In this document: piece by piece, positions 38,478-50,857 of the stretch
How the letters are laid out: each line of letters begins with the position of its first letter
How positions within the stretch are numbered: position 1 is the first letter of the stretch
NCBI GenBank assembly: GCA_013239625.1
Contig: MU054187.1
Location: forward strand, 248,001-312,000
Source: Lama guanicoe
Taxonomy: Eukaryota
Direction of reading: 5' to 3'
Length of the DNA: 64,000 nucleotides
The notes under the pieces: model-generated
The model's database searches: none
Told to the model about the DNA's origin: nothing
The model's input: the letters and a program-made list of their open reading frames with translations, nothing else
Program-made: the position numbers and the translations under genes

Positions 38478-38615
38478 TAATTTAAATGAAATAACTTAGA
38501 ATTCAGGTACCAGTCACGTTAGCCACATTTAAAGGGTTTGATGGCCACGTGTGGCCACCGTGTTGAACAGATTTAGAGCATTTCCATCACCGCACAGAGT
38601 GCTGTTCAGTGTTAC
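38478..38615. mobile_element. MER3/MER33-like hAT-Charlie fossil
   Basis: cagtcacgttagccacatttaaa...gccacgtgtggc...catttccatcaccgca resembles the recalled MER3/MER33 consensus. Confidence 0.65.
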
Positions 38616-39659
38616 ACTGGAGTTACCCCGGTCCTCTGGGCCTGTCCACAGGCAGCTTCTCCCAGTGCCGGGGGCCTCGGCGCAGCCCTGGAGGGGCCGT
38701 TTTCGTCCCTGTGTGTGTGGACCTTTGTACGTGGGTGTCACCTTCCCTTCTCAGTGGGCAACTCCGTGTGGCCGGCCTCTGACACGACCATCTTTGTGCC
38801 TTACCCAGTGAGCTGCACACAGCAGCCACACACAGGAACTCTGGTGCAGAAGTTCTTGAGAACCACGAGTCCAAAGAGGTCACCTGGGTGCGTCACGGAG
38901 ACGGCGGAGCAGGGCCCCTAGGAATCAGCACCTCTGCTGGAGCAACTGATGAGCTGGCAAAACTATGGCAGAAAAGCTTTCCTGGATCCTAATCAAATGC
39001 TTCCAGAACCAGGGCGGTACCTACGAGGTGCAGCTGCACAGCTGGTGAGCGGACCGCCACACTTTTTCCCCGCCATTGCCCTCCGCCTCCCGTGTGTCAG
39101 CACGGACCACAGGGACAGGGGACGTCCCCGGTGTGGCTTGCTGGGGTTGGTGGTGAGGGGCAGGAGTGGCAACATGGACCTCGTTCTAAAAAAGCTGTGG
39201 TGGTGACCTGAGAGGCCGGCACCAAGGCTCCCCTTGGCGTTGCCCCTCAGCTCAGGCAGCTTCCAGGAGGCAAGTGTCAGAAGCACTTACAGACACGTGC
39301 CACCCACGGGCAACCGGCACAGAGCAGACAGAAGCAGCAGCCTGGAGAGGAGGAGCGTCCTCGGGAGGAAGGGCTTCGGGGGGCTCCGGGTGCACACGAC
39401 CCCTGGGCTCCAAGGTCAAGGGCCAGTGGAGCCACGGGTGGCCTGGCTGCGCGCTGGGCGGGGCGCCCCAGCGCCAAACCAACCTGCCAAGTGCAGGAGG
39501 GGCCTTTTTGGTGCCAGGTGTTCAGGGAACTCTCTGTCATTGGCTCATCATTGGAACAATGGAACAGAGACCCCCGGCATCACACGTGGCAAGGAACATA
39601 CACTCTCTGCAGAAAAAGAGTTTGGAAAAGCCCGTTTAAAAGCGGGCAGCCGTGACCCT

Positions 39660-42250
39660 CCAGAAACAACAGCAAACCCTGGAAACGAGAAAAAGTGATT
39701 TCCACAGTTTCTGCATTACCATGTTCAAAATGTCCAGTTTTCAACAAAAAATTACAAGGCTTTCCCAGACACACTGACAAAGGTAACTATATAATAAAAA
39801 GTATGTATTTTATATTTATAGGATTTAAAAGACAGATGCATAAAACAGTAATTAAAAACCTACGCTAATGGGAATACAACACCCAGGACGCAGTCTGTGT
39901 GATGACAGCGCAGCGTCAGGCGGGACAGAGGGCCGTGGGAGCAGGGCTTCTGCAGCCAAGCGTCAGCTCGGACTGCGCTGCTGTGAACACAGGCACCGTA
40001 ATACCCCCCAGGAGAAAATGTAGACACACAGAGGAGGGGACAAGGAGGGAGCTTAAATGATACGTGAGCAAAATCCAACACAAAACAGTTGTGGAAGAAA
40101 TCGGGGGAAAAAGGTGAAACTCATAGAAGACGAATGGGAAGATGATGAAAGTAAGTACTTCCTAATCAGAAGTCATTTTATATATGGCTAGATTAAACTC
40201 ACCAATTAGAGATGCTGGCAGAATGGATTATAAAAACATAATCCAACTATATACAAGTGACTCATTTTAGAGCCAAAATCACAAATAGACTGAAAGTGAA
40301 CAGATGGCAGAGTATTTCCCACGCACCCACAGAAGCCTGGCCTGGCTACTGATGTCACAAAACTGACTTTGTTACAAGAGACAAAGAATGGGCACTTCGT
40401 ACTGATGAAAAGGTCAGTCCATGAAAAAGACGTCACAGCTTTATAGCAAATCCCTCCGCATGCAGAAAGCAAGCCTCGACAGAACTGAGGGGAGGAGCGA
40501 CCCACAGTGAGGTCGGAGCCCTCGACACCCCCGTTTCAGGGGTGAGGTCAGAACATCAAGAAGGAAGGGTAAGGAAACGGAGGACGACAACAGCTCCATA
40601 CCCACTAGCGGCCACGACCCCCTACGAAGCTGGGAAAGTACTTTCTTTTCAGAAATGACATTGCTAGCGTCAGAAGGAAGGGGAGACCCGGCTGAGGTGT
40701 GCTGCGCGGTGCACCGAGGGGCCCAAACAGATTTTACGTTTAATTTTTCCTATCCTGCCTCAAAATGTAAATTTTATTTCAACACACTTGAGCACCTACA
40801 CTAAAAAATAAAGACTGCCAACGAGCAGCCTGACTCTGCACTCAAGGAGCAAAAGCGGGGAGCCAACCAAGCCCGACGCCAGCGGACGAGCAGATGGGGC
40901 AGGGAGAGCAGGGGTGCGGCAGACCAGACGCTGGTTCTCGGAAGTGCTCAGCAGAGCTGACACTTCCTCTTCTAGACTGATTCGGGGGAGAGAAGAGAAG
41001 GCAGATAACTAATACCAGGATTGAAAGTGGAGCCGTCATCAGCCTTACAGACAGAAAAATGCCGACCCACGAGAAGTCCTAGAAACATAAAGTAACAAAA
41101 ATGACTCAAGAAACAGAGAATCTGAACAGATCTGCAACAACAGGCTTAATCAGCAATCAGAAACCTCCCAGAAGGAAGAGGCCAGCACCACGCATCCCCG
41201 CTGGTAACGCCGCAGCGCTGAGCGCTGAAGGGATTAGCACCGGTGCTTCCCAGCCTCTTCCAGAGAGAATCGGAGGGGAACGCCCTGACTCATTCCATGA
41301 AACCAGCATCACCCTGACAACAGAGCCAGACGGCAGCTCCAGGAGGAGACTACAGACCAGTGTCCCTTACGGACACTGACGCAGAAATCCTCGACAAAAT
41401 ACCAGGAGCAGGTCTGCCCCGCACGTCTCCTACCAGCTGTGGTGACAAGACACATCGACAGAGAGAGAACACAGGTTCATCTCAGCTGATGCAGAAAAAA
41501 GTGCGATAAAATTCAACACTATTTCACGATAAAAACACTCAGCGAACCAAGAACAGAAGGGAACTTCCTCCCCTTGACAGAAGACACTGATGAAAACCCA
41601 CAGGTTGCATCATACCCACACAACCCCAGACAGAGAACTCTCCCCTCAGACCAGAAGCAAGACAAGGGCGCCCACCGTCAGCACTGCTGCTCGACACTGT
41701 GCTGCACATTCCGGCCGGAGCGACCGGGCAAGGAGAAGACACCGGCCTGGACGAGCAGCAGCAAACCTGCCTCTGTCACGGGCAGCACGACCCTGTCTAC
41801 AGAAAACCCCGAAGAACACACAACACACGCACCAGAGCTGACAGGCTAATTCAGCAAGAAGTTTCAGGAGAAAAGACCAGCACACCAACACCGAAAAGCC
41901 CAGAAAGGAGCCTGGGAACCTACACAAACACACACACACAGTCCGTACAGACACAGCAGCAGCAGAAAGAATCCAGCGGCTAAGGGTAAAGGTGAACAAG
42001 GAGGCTGAAAGTCAGAAAGACTGAAAACTAGTGGAAATCACAAACCACTGCTGAAAGAAATGAAAGACAGAACAAAGGAAGACACCGTGTTCGTGGAGCG
42101 AAAGGCGTACTGTAAATACCAGAGCTCCTCAAAGCCATCTGCAGAGCGACTGCAGCCCCAGTCAAAACCCCAGGGCCCCTGCTTTTCTGCCAGCGCGCCC
42201 TGCCTCCCAGACACGGTCCCCACGGTCAGTGCGCCTCGGCAGGAGCACCC
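39660..42250 (+). mobile_element. Old L1M remnants, strongly GC/CpG-shifted
   Basis: MTQETENLNRS...DSFHETSITLTTEPD ORF2 Z-region remnant; gttcatctcagctgatgcagaaaaaag...gataaaattcaacac RT motif. Confidence 0.75.
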
Positions 42251-42324
42251 AGGCATCAGCCGCCAGCGCTCCCAAAGTTCTCATACGTTGATGAAATAGT
42301 TTTTATTTCTTCTAGAAAGTTTTT

Positions 42325-42411
42325 TTATTTAAATGGAGGTGCTGGGGATTGAACCCAGGACCCTGTGAGTGCTAAGCACGTGCTCACCACTGAGCTATAA
42401 CCACCCCCCTT
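42325..42411 (-). mobile_element. tRNA-derived SINE (short form)
   Basis: ggggattgaacccagg...ccactgagctata; TSD tagaaagttttt (42313-42324 and 42412-42423). Confidence 0.9.
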
Positions 42412-43594
42412 TAGAAAGTTTTTGAAGTTGATCTAATCGTGGCGACTGTGTGCTGTGTGCAGGCGTCCCGGCCTGAGAGAACTTGGGGCTTGTCTCTTAG
42501 TTCCATGAAATACTCAAATTAATACTCATAAGCATGGAATCATTCACATCTCCACTGAGTTTAAGTATGAACCTTTCTGGGTTCTTTTCGGGTCAAAAAA
42601 CAAATGTTTCACATGCAAACTGAATATACCGTCAGAACCAGCTCCCAGGGTGAACGTGACCATTCACGTCACAGCAGCAGCCACGCTGACTGACGCAGAA
42701 GCGAGTCCGGCAGGACCGCGGCTGACATGGACCTGACCTCGAGCCGCGTTCCTACCCCTCCCCTTGCCTGTCTCACCTCTGGACCCGGGGCCTGCACATG
42801 CGCTCCTGTGACCCGCTCTGTCTCCCCAGGACGTGTGAGTTTGGGAAAGCGGCTTCATCTACCCCACCTGGGGGGAAAACTCTTAAAGTCCTGAAAACGC
42901 ATGTGGCCTCCACCTTTGAAAAACATTAAAATGCTTAACAGCATAATAAAAACACCCTTCATGTTACTGGTATGCACTTAAGATCAGCAGAGATGTCTTT
43001 TACTGCCTGTCTTCCAAACCAAGTACATCTGGCCCCTCCGGGTGACGAGGACATTCACACCCCAGGCGCCTGCGGGTGACCTCACCGTGCTTTCGCGGGT
43101 CCAGAGGAAGCAGACAGCTTTGAGGCTGGAGTACGCACCATCATCTGGTAATGAACTTTGACTGGTGTGAGAGGTAGTCACTAAGAACAGGGTTTCCCCT
43201 AACATGGGGACTGAGTTAATGAAGAAGTCCCACGTTACCAGGACTCAAGCAAAAATCACGGTCGTAGAAAACACAGTATTACAACAACTCAAGTCCAAAG
43301 TGGCTTACTCTGGTTCCTTCTGTGCTACAGCAAAAGATACTTACTTGTTCATGTGTGTGCTAGTTTTCATGTGCATGATCACTTACTTTTCTTTAAAAAT
43401 GAAATTCCTTTGGTTGAATAGGCACCATTTCTTGAGGACATAAAGTTTACTTCTAGTGCCATATGTACTCAACCTGTATTTATCAAAATAAATTTGTCAA
43501 GTAATATAATGATGTAATTTATAAGATGAACATTTTTGCTTTTAAAACTACATAAAAGCTATGTACTACTTTGGGGGAAAAAACTGTAATGTTC

Positions 43595-43600
43595 TTTATT
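43595..43600 (-). terminator. PRKDC poly(A) signal AATAAA
   Basis: tttatt on +, about 950 nt past the stop, in an AT-rich block. Confidence 0.7.
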
Positions 43601-44290
43601 CTAGAATTTACAAAATCATACAAGAGCTTCTAACTATAGACATTTGAAAAAAAATATTGAAAACCTCAAAGCCAACCAGAGAATGGCTCCAGACAGGGAG
43701 GACGGGCTCGGGACGGAGCCAAGGGGGGACCCGGCCCTGCTGCTCCAGGTGGCGTGTCACCTCCCAGCAGGATGCACTTCACACCGCGTCTTCGTTTCCT
43801 TCCCCAGAGCTGGAATGCTGAGTGCTACCTTCACACTCGGAATTTCTGAAGTCACCCTGAGTCTGGGATGAAAGCACTTTGGTCTGCCTTCCTGATGTGA
43901 CTGATCCATACAGCAAGGGTCCGTCTAAGCGAGACCCAGGTTTTCACTTCTCCTAAATACGTCCTCTTCTAGAGACCAAGTCTGTCATAAAGTGTCAAAA
44001 CTAGAAGAGAAAGAAAAAATGAAAGAAAAAAACCTACAAAAATACCCTAAGTGTCAAGTGCAGTCATTACTAGGTGTAAGAGGCCATCAGCTTCACTGTG
44101 ACCACCTCGTGCTGCTGACCACGCCCCCCCCCCGTGACCGTCACTCTGACGTGCGGGGTCTCCTTCGCCATTTACTCGGGGAGCTGCTGGCCGAGCACAG
44201 CCTCGTGACCCGCTGTGTCCGACTCGGGGCCTGCACTGGCCTGGATACGCCTTTTCTATTAGGTCTGTTTTAACCCTGACCTAGTATTTT

Positions 44291-44376
44291 CGCTTTTTTT
44301 CTTACTTTTTTTTTTAATGAGGGAGACGTTACTTGGTTTATTTATATTTGGAGGAGGTGCTAGGGATTGAACCCCA
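44291..44376 (-). mobile_element. 5'-truncated SINE in the PRKDC 3' UTR (sense orientation)
   Basis: B-box ggggttcaatccc plus aaataaacc and an A-rich tail on minus; degenerate TSD acctagtatttt / acctaatctttc. Confidence 0.7.
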
Positions 44377-44547
44377 ACCTAATCTTTCATCGTGACCCAA
44401 TCGTCCACCCAGACCAGCATTCACTTCTCCATCACGACCCTGATTAAACTCATGATACAAGATTTCTTCTCTGTGCCATGTGCAAAGGTGAGGTTTACAA
44501 CATCGCCCACATGCCGCACGCTCCACACCTGCTGGCTCCTCCGGGCC

Positions 44548-44752
44548 TCACATCCAGGGCTCCCACCCCTCCCACGTCCTGCCGAGGATGTTGGGGTCTG
44601 TGGCCTGGTCAATCAAACACTTCACTTGAGCCTCCTCTGAAAGCCCGCTGTCCGGCTCCCGGGCCCGGACATTGTGGTCCCTGCTGCCTCGTGCCACTGC
44701 GACGTAGTCTTCGAAGGCAGATTCCTTCTCATGGCCCAGAAGCAATTCATCA
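44548..44752 (-). CDS. PRKDC: PRKDC last coding exon (FATC) to TGA
   Basis: ctccag|T GAT GAA; ends [26 protein letters not shown], the diagnostic DNA-PKcs C-terminus. Confidence 0.98.
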
Positions 44753-44829
44753 CTGGAGAAAGATTAAACACATACAGAAACACAAGCCATGCACTATTAC
44801 TCCTATCCAAACTCCCCCTCTCATCACAC

Positions 44830-45560
44830 AGAATACTTTCTGCTGCCCATAACCCTGAAGTCAGGAGCCTGGGTCTTCAGGGAAACGGAGCACTCGTCCA
44901 CGAGCTTCTGTGGTCACGGCTTCACGCCTCTTGGGTCCACACCTAGGACGGAGCTGTGGGGCCACTTTCTGAGGAGCTGCACCACTTTACAGCCCAACCA
45001 GCTACATCCAAGGGCTCCAACTTCTTCACGTCCTCACCAGCCACAGCCTGGTGGGCGTGATTTGCATTATCTCCTGACCGACAGCGCTGAGCATCTTTCC
45101 ATGAGCTGAACAGCCACCTCGTGTCTCTTTAGACAAACGTCTGTTCTGGTCCTTTGGTCATTTTATCACTCAGCTGTAAGAGTTTTTAATGTACTCTATA
45201 TGCAAGTCCTTTATCAACCACATGACTTTCAACTATTTTCTCCCATTCTGTGGGCTGTATTTTTACTTTCTTGATGGTAACCTGTGAAGCACAAAGGCTT
45301 TTAATTTTGATGAATTTGTCTGTTTCATTCTTTCCTGTTTGTGCTTTTGCTTTTACAGTTAAGGTTGCCAAGTCCAAGGTCTGAAGATCTACCCACCCCA
45401 CGTTTCTAAGTACTTTACACTCTTAACTCTTACAGCTTTGATCCATCTGGATTGACTCTGGGGGGGCAGTTCCACCCTCACTCCTTCACCATTTGTTGGA
45501 AAGACCAATAAATGGTCTCAGCACCTCTGCCGAAAAAACAACAGACCACAGACTAGAGAT
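44830..45560 (-). mobile_element. Old L1M ORF2 3' fragment in the last PRKDC intron
   Basis: DKFIKIKSLCASQVTIKKVKIQPTEWEKI ORF2 remnant. Confidence 0.75.
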
Positions 45561-45942
45561 CGCCTTTTACTATTCATTAACTGCAGAGTTGAACTTTTTT
45601 CCCTCGTGAATCATTTCTACAAATGCCTACTTGTAGCTGTGGAGGCCAAGGTGAGCCGCTCTACACACTGGCTGACACCCCCGTGTGCTCTCTGCACCTT
45701 GGGGTGTGCCACCAGGGTCACGTCTGCCTGGAAAGGACAAAAGCACACATGGGACCTGAGTCCCTCGTGCAGGTACACACCCTGCGACACGCCGTCCAGA
45801 GGCGTGGTGCGGGGGCTCCGGGCCGCCCTGCTGGGCCGGCCCCCCCATCCCCGGTCTGCGAGGCCGCGTCCGCACACGGCACCCAGCGGCCGTCAGCAGT
45901 GACCGCCTGGTGGGCTTGCCTCCCCCACAAGTCACATCTTAC

Positions 45943-46082
45943 CAGGTAACGACCGCCGGGTTGGCTCCCGCTAACTTCCTCCTGGCGCAGTGCACCTTCT
46001 GCCGGGGGTACCAATTCTCTTCATCTACATTTACTCCTTGAATCCAGGATCCTCCTTTTTTCAGCATTTTCTGTTCAAAATT
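45943..46082 (-). CDS. PRKDC: PRKDC penultimate exon (PRD)
   Basis: ctccag|AAT TTT...ACC TG|gtaaga, 140 nt. [46 protein letters not shown]. Confidence 0.96.
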
Positions 46083-46640
46083 CTGGAGGAAAAGAACATG
46101 GTTTTCTCCACTTACGACAAAAGAATATATGATCACATTCAAACAGACCAAACAAGTAATGATCTTAAGCACACAAGCATCTCGCTGGGGAGACGCTGCA
46201 GCTTTTCGCTAAACCCACGGCAGCACAGGAGACGGTGATGATGACCCGGCCGTAGGGGCGACACTCAGGCTTAAAAGGTGACTCCCTGCGATGGACGCCA
46301 CTGCTGCCCCCCCACCCCAGGCTGTGTTGTGAAGAACCCTGGAGATTTAATCAAGGAAGACCTCGTGTGGGACAGACTGAACTGAGAGTGTCTCAGAGGA
46401 ATCAAACCCACATCACCAAAGGGTTAGAAATGGTCTCAGCTGAAACGATGCTTTTCTCCAGATGAAGGTTATTATGCCTCATCTGACTTGCAAGCCAAAT
46501 GACCCCGAATGTTAATTTTGAGACATGCCAGACAAAACAATGTAAGTATTTAGTAACGACGATGCGTTTCCATCAGGTAACGGGAGAAGCCAGATCGGTC
46601 ACTCGTAAAACAGGTGAAACGAGCGTGGAGACGACCGTAC

Positions 46641-46829
46641 CCTCCAGTCGAAGGACGGCTCCTTCACAAACACGTCCATGGTGGCGGTGAGCAGGTCCGA
46701 GCGGGAGCGGAAGGCGCGCAGCGCACACACCATGATGCTGCTCACCAGCCCCGTTTCTTTCAGCGGTAACATAAGGTTCATAAACTGGCGAGTTAGGCGA
46801 AAAGGCATCAGCTCAGGGACCGGCAGAAA
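46641..46829 (-). CDS. PRKDC: PRKDC exon, kinase C-lobe
   Basis: ctttag|TTT CTG...TGG AGG|gtacgg, 189 nt. [27 protein letters not shown]...[13 protein letters not shown]. Confidence 0.97.
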
Positions 46830-47310
46830 CTAAAGAGGAAGAAAGACGCGTAAGCAGCAGCAGACGCGAACTCACACGGCGGCCAGCAGGAGCAGACGCC
46901 GGCCACGGCTGTTACTCGCATTCGGGGAGCGCAGGAACCAGCCCCTTAGAGGCGAGATCCCCGTGCCCGGGAGCAGTCAACACAGTCACCCGTGTGATGC
47001 AGCTCCGTGCAGCTCCGTGCGCACGGCCCCGGAGACACAGACTCAGAGTCGGGTGTCAGGGAGGCTGGTGCACCACGTTTTGTTCATGGGGCCTCATACA
47101 GCCTCCTCCGGTCCTCCCTTTCTGCAGCACACGGCTTTCTTAGCTCCGATTACGTAACTTTGCATCACAGCCCCCACCACCTGCCTGAACGAGGCTGACA
47201 CACAGCCAAGACACTCCCTTAACAACCACAACGAGCCACTGCTTCCGGGGGGGTGTCCCAGAGCCCGAGGGGACCCCAGGCCACGGAGAACAGAGAGCCG
47301 GCGGGCTGAC

Positions 47311-47512
47311 CTGCGTGGCAGATCCGAACGTGTGTCCGAAGTCAATGCCGATCAGGCCGCCCGTCTCCAGGCTCACCATGAAGTTGTTCAGGTGTCTGTC
47401 TCCGATGCCCAGGACCCAGTGGCCGACGCACAGGAGGGCGTGCGAGCTGGCGAAGTGGGAGCGGAGAGCCAGGAAGGCCTCGGGGCTGGTGCTCAGGGTC
47501 AGGAAGGCCCGT
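47311..47512 (-). CDS. PRKDC: PRKDC exon, catalytic (DRH..N) and activation (DFG) loops
   Basis: ctgcag|A CGG GCC...ACG CAG|gtcagc, 202 nt. [37 protein letters not shown]. Confidence 0.97.
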
Positions 47513-47584
47513 CTGCAGAGAGGTGGTGTGAGGCTTGCCCCTCACCTGCCCGTCCCCGGGGCCACGGGCCAGAAACACACTCAC

Positions 47585-47656
47585 TTTAAGAGGTCGGCTG
47601 GCACTCTGCTCTCCCTTCTTCTGAAAGATGTGACTGTTTCACTGCGACTGGCTCTC
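47585..47656 (-). CDS. PRKDC: PRKDC exon, kinase
   Basis: ccctag|G AGA GCC...TTA AA|gtgagt, 72 nt, followed by a 72-nt intron. RASRSETVTSFRRRESRVPADLL(K). Confidence 0.94.
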
Positions 47657-47860
47657 CTAGGGTTTAAGAATAGGGAATGTCTCAGAACAAACTGCTCGTG
47701 ACTTGAAATGCGAAATTCTTTGCTTTACTGAAGCTCAAACAAATATCAAATGACCAGATCCTGACAGTCCCTGTCGGGCAGAACTGAGAAACAAAAGTGA
47801 ACATGCAACTTAGAGAAGAATGAGCTCGTCAGGAAAAAGGAAAAGCCGAACGACACTCAC

Positions 47861-47950
47861 GTGTACACGAGCGGGTAAGCCCCGGGGCCATGCTTCCCAG
47901 ACACCTTCGTCAGCCAGTCTCTGTATTCAAACGCCGGGGCTCTGGGGTCG
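47861..47950 (-). CDS. PRKDC: PRKDC exon, kinase
   Basis: tgtcag|C GAC CCC...TAC AC|gtgagt, 90 nt. [29 protein letters not shown]. Confidence 0.94.
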
Positions 47951-49488
47951 CTGACAGAGGACAAAGGATCAGCTTTAGGAAGAGACCTGGCGTCACATAT
48001 CTCAGGGCCGGAGACCAGGAGGAAGTCATTGAAAACCAGTGAAGAGGCAGGAAAAGTAAGTGTGCCTCTTAATCCTACTTGATACTAACGCTGAACCCAC
48101 ACTCCTGTGGACCTAGAACTCCAATACCTCGTTACTCCTTCTTCATCACTCCTGAAGAACCATGGCTATTTCCTATGCAGAAAGGCAGGCACAGAAGCCA
48201 GATACTAAAAACTTCCCGCTTCACACAGACAGAACAGGAGGGGCTGAACGGGCGCAGTGACCCAGCGCTCGGTCTGCGCGTCTGACCCAGGAAGGAACCC
48301 TCACGCAGGACAAAGCAGGCAAGTCGCTACTGTGAACAAAAGGACCACAAGCTCTTTGTTGAGATGGATTTTCTGCTTCTGTCGTTATTTAAACATCGCT
48401 ACACTTTTTTTTCCATTTCCAGTGTGCAGATACAGATGAAGTCTATGTTAAATTCTATAAAGTATTTACACAAATGACAATGAATTTGAATTGAATTTGA
48501 AAAGCTGTTTTCAGTAATGCTTCACAGACAAAATACAGTGTCTGGGCAGCTGGACACAATGTGATATTTGTATCTTTAGCCACTTCTAGGTTTGTATCCA
48601 AAGCTTTAACGAGTTTTCCTTAAAAAACCAAAAATCTAACAATAGAACAACTTCACAACATGTTACTTAGCAGTTAAATCACTGAAGGTGAACCGTTTCT
48701 GAGTTGCTACTAAGTTAATTTTGTAAATAGACACTCCATTTCCATGTAAGTTCTCTCTTAGTTTCAACTGGATGAGTAATCATTAGGTTGGAAAACTGCC
48801 ACCTTTGAGTTAAGGAAAAAACAGCAAAGGGTTTAGCGGCAGGAGGCTGCCCTGGGTTAAAGGTGGTGGGAAGTGGTTTACACAACTGCATGTTTGAAAA
48901 GCATGCCACACTCTGCTGACACCTGTGTCTACCACGTGTCTTCTACGTAATTTCCCATCATAGAAACGGCGGCCTGGGGACAGGGAAGGCCTCTGGGAGT
49001 CCACACGGAGTGAGAGCTGGGATTCTGACTCCAGGGGGTCCGTCTGACAGGACAGCCAAAGGACTCAAATGACTGAAAGTAAAAGGTGGTGAACACCGCC
49101 CTGCACAGCAGCCATTCCCCGGGACAGAGTCAGATGGGAACACGGCTCCCACGGTGGGGAAATGGCCCTGAAGCCACTCAGGACCACTTCCTCCCCTTCA
49201 TCCTGCCACTGGACGAAAACTTGTCAACTCCTCCTTCAAAATGTCTTTAAGCCACCTTGTTCATATTTTTCTTTTCAAAAACAAAAAAAGCACCTGTGTG
49301 GTGACCGGTGACTGATGAGTCATGAGCCTGCACACACCACACGCCTCCCACCTCAGCCACCTCCTCTGCACGGAGGGGAGGAAGCTCCTCACATGGTCGG
49401 TTTTGTAAAAAATAAATGACTTCACACATGCTACAAACTGAGAACAGTAACCAGGACACAGAAAACACTTTGTTAAGTGTTAGCTGCC

Positions 49489-50059
49489 TGCACTATTTAC
49501 AACAGCCAAGACGTGGAAACAGCCTAAATGTCCATCAATAGATGACTGGGCAAAGAAGCTGTGTTAGATTTCTACAATGGAATACTACTCGGCCCTGAAA
49601 AAGAATAAAATCATGCCATTTGCAGCAACATGGATGGACCTGGAGACCTTCATTCTAAGTGAAGTAAACCAGAAAGAGAAAGACAACTATCGTATGATAC
49701 CAGTCATATGTGGAATCTAAAAAAAGGAAAAAAGAAAAAAGAGGACACTAATGAACTCATCTACAAAATGGAAACAGACTCACAGACATGGCAAATAATC
49801 TTATGGTTACCAGGGGAAGGGGGTGGGAAGGGATAAACTTGGGAGTTTGAGATTTGCAAATGTTAACCACTATATATAAAAATAGATAAACAAATGTCTT
49901 CCCTGCAGCATAGGGAGCTATATTCAATACCTTGTAATAACGTTTAATGAAAAAGAAGATGAAAACCAATGTATGTGTATATATATGCATGACTGAGACG
50001 TGACGCTGTGCACCAGAAACTGACACATTGTAACTGACTGTACTTAATTTAAAAAAAAA
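49489..50059 (+). mobile_element. 5'-truncated younger L1 3' end in a PRKDC intron (antisense to the gene)
   Basis: acagccaagacgtggaaacagcctaaatgtcc...gcagcaacatggatggacctggag; poly(A) tail; TSD agctgcc; same 3' UTR type as 25951-26619. Confidence 0.88.
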
Positions 50060-50330
50060 AGCTGCCCATCTTATTGTTTTATTTTTTCAACGATCTTTTC
50101 TTCAAGATTAATTTTCTTGAAATGTGGTAAGCTATATGTAACCACTCTTTGGAACCCTCTACTCCATCTCATGTGTTCACGCAGCCAGATGCAGATTAAA
50201 GCACAGGCCAGGTTTGGCCAAGGGGACCAACTAAAGGGCCTAAGAAGGTCCCAGGAGGAGCAGGGGTGAACTGCAGGCAACAGGCCAGGGGCCAAGCAGG
50301 GCGGAGGAGGAGCCCTTGGACCCCACTCAC

Positions 50331-50423
50331 TTGGTGTAAGCTCCCTTCTCCTCCTGGGACATGCTGTTCAGGAGAAGCTCCTTCAAGGTGCAAGTATGTT
50401 CGATCCATTCAATTAACCCCAGT
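50331..50423 (-). CDS. PRKDC: PRKDC exon, kinase hinge
   Basis: tttcag|A CTG GGG...ACC AA|gtgagt, 93 nt. [30 protein letters not shown]. Confidence 0.95.
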
Positions 50424-50636
50424 CTGAAAGGAGAGCAAGTTATGAACATGGGCCTCACCATCCTGCCCTCCCAAGCCCAGGTCCTCCCTCACTTGTCCCC
50501 CAAGGATGAACACTGCGGGCTGAGAAGCGTCCTCTCTGCTTAGCTCTGTCTCATGAAACCTGGAACCCCAGGTCTCCCGAGACCCGCACCCCATGCCCCC
50601 ATCCCGGCAAAACTCGACAGGCCTCCCGCACCGCAC

Positions 50637-50857
50637 CTGGAGGTCATGGGCACCACGTGGTACGTCTTCACCTGCAGGCTGCGCTGGCTGCAGGCGGCGT
50701 CCTGGGAGAGCACGACGTTCATGACCTGGAGCAGCTGCTGGATGCGCTGGTCCTGCCGCAGGTCCTCGCCCCCCTTCACCAGGAAGGGGTACTCCCGCTG
50801 GTCATGCCCACGGATCACGATGCGCTTCGGCCTCCGCAGAGAAGCCATGACTCTCAC
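50637..50857 (-). CDS. PRKDC: PRKDC exon, PIKK kinase N-lobe with ATP-binding Lys
   Basis: ttgaag|GTG AGA...TCC AG|gtgcgg, 221 nt. [47 protein letters not shown]. Confidence 0.96.

Noticed and set aside
47513..47584. 72-nt PRKDC intron (multiple of 3) as possible coding insertion or anomaly
   Set aside because: Canonical gtgagt...ctgcag ends, and splicing restores the conserved DLLKRAF; an ordinary short intron.
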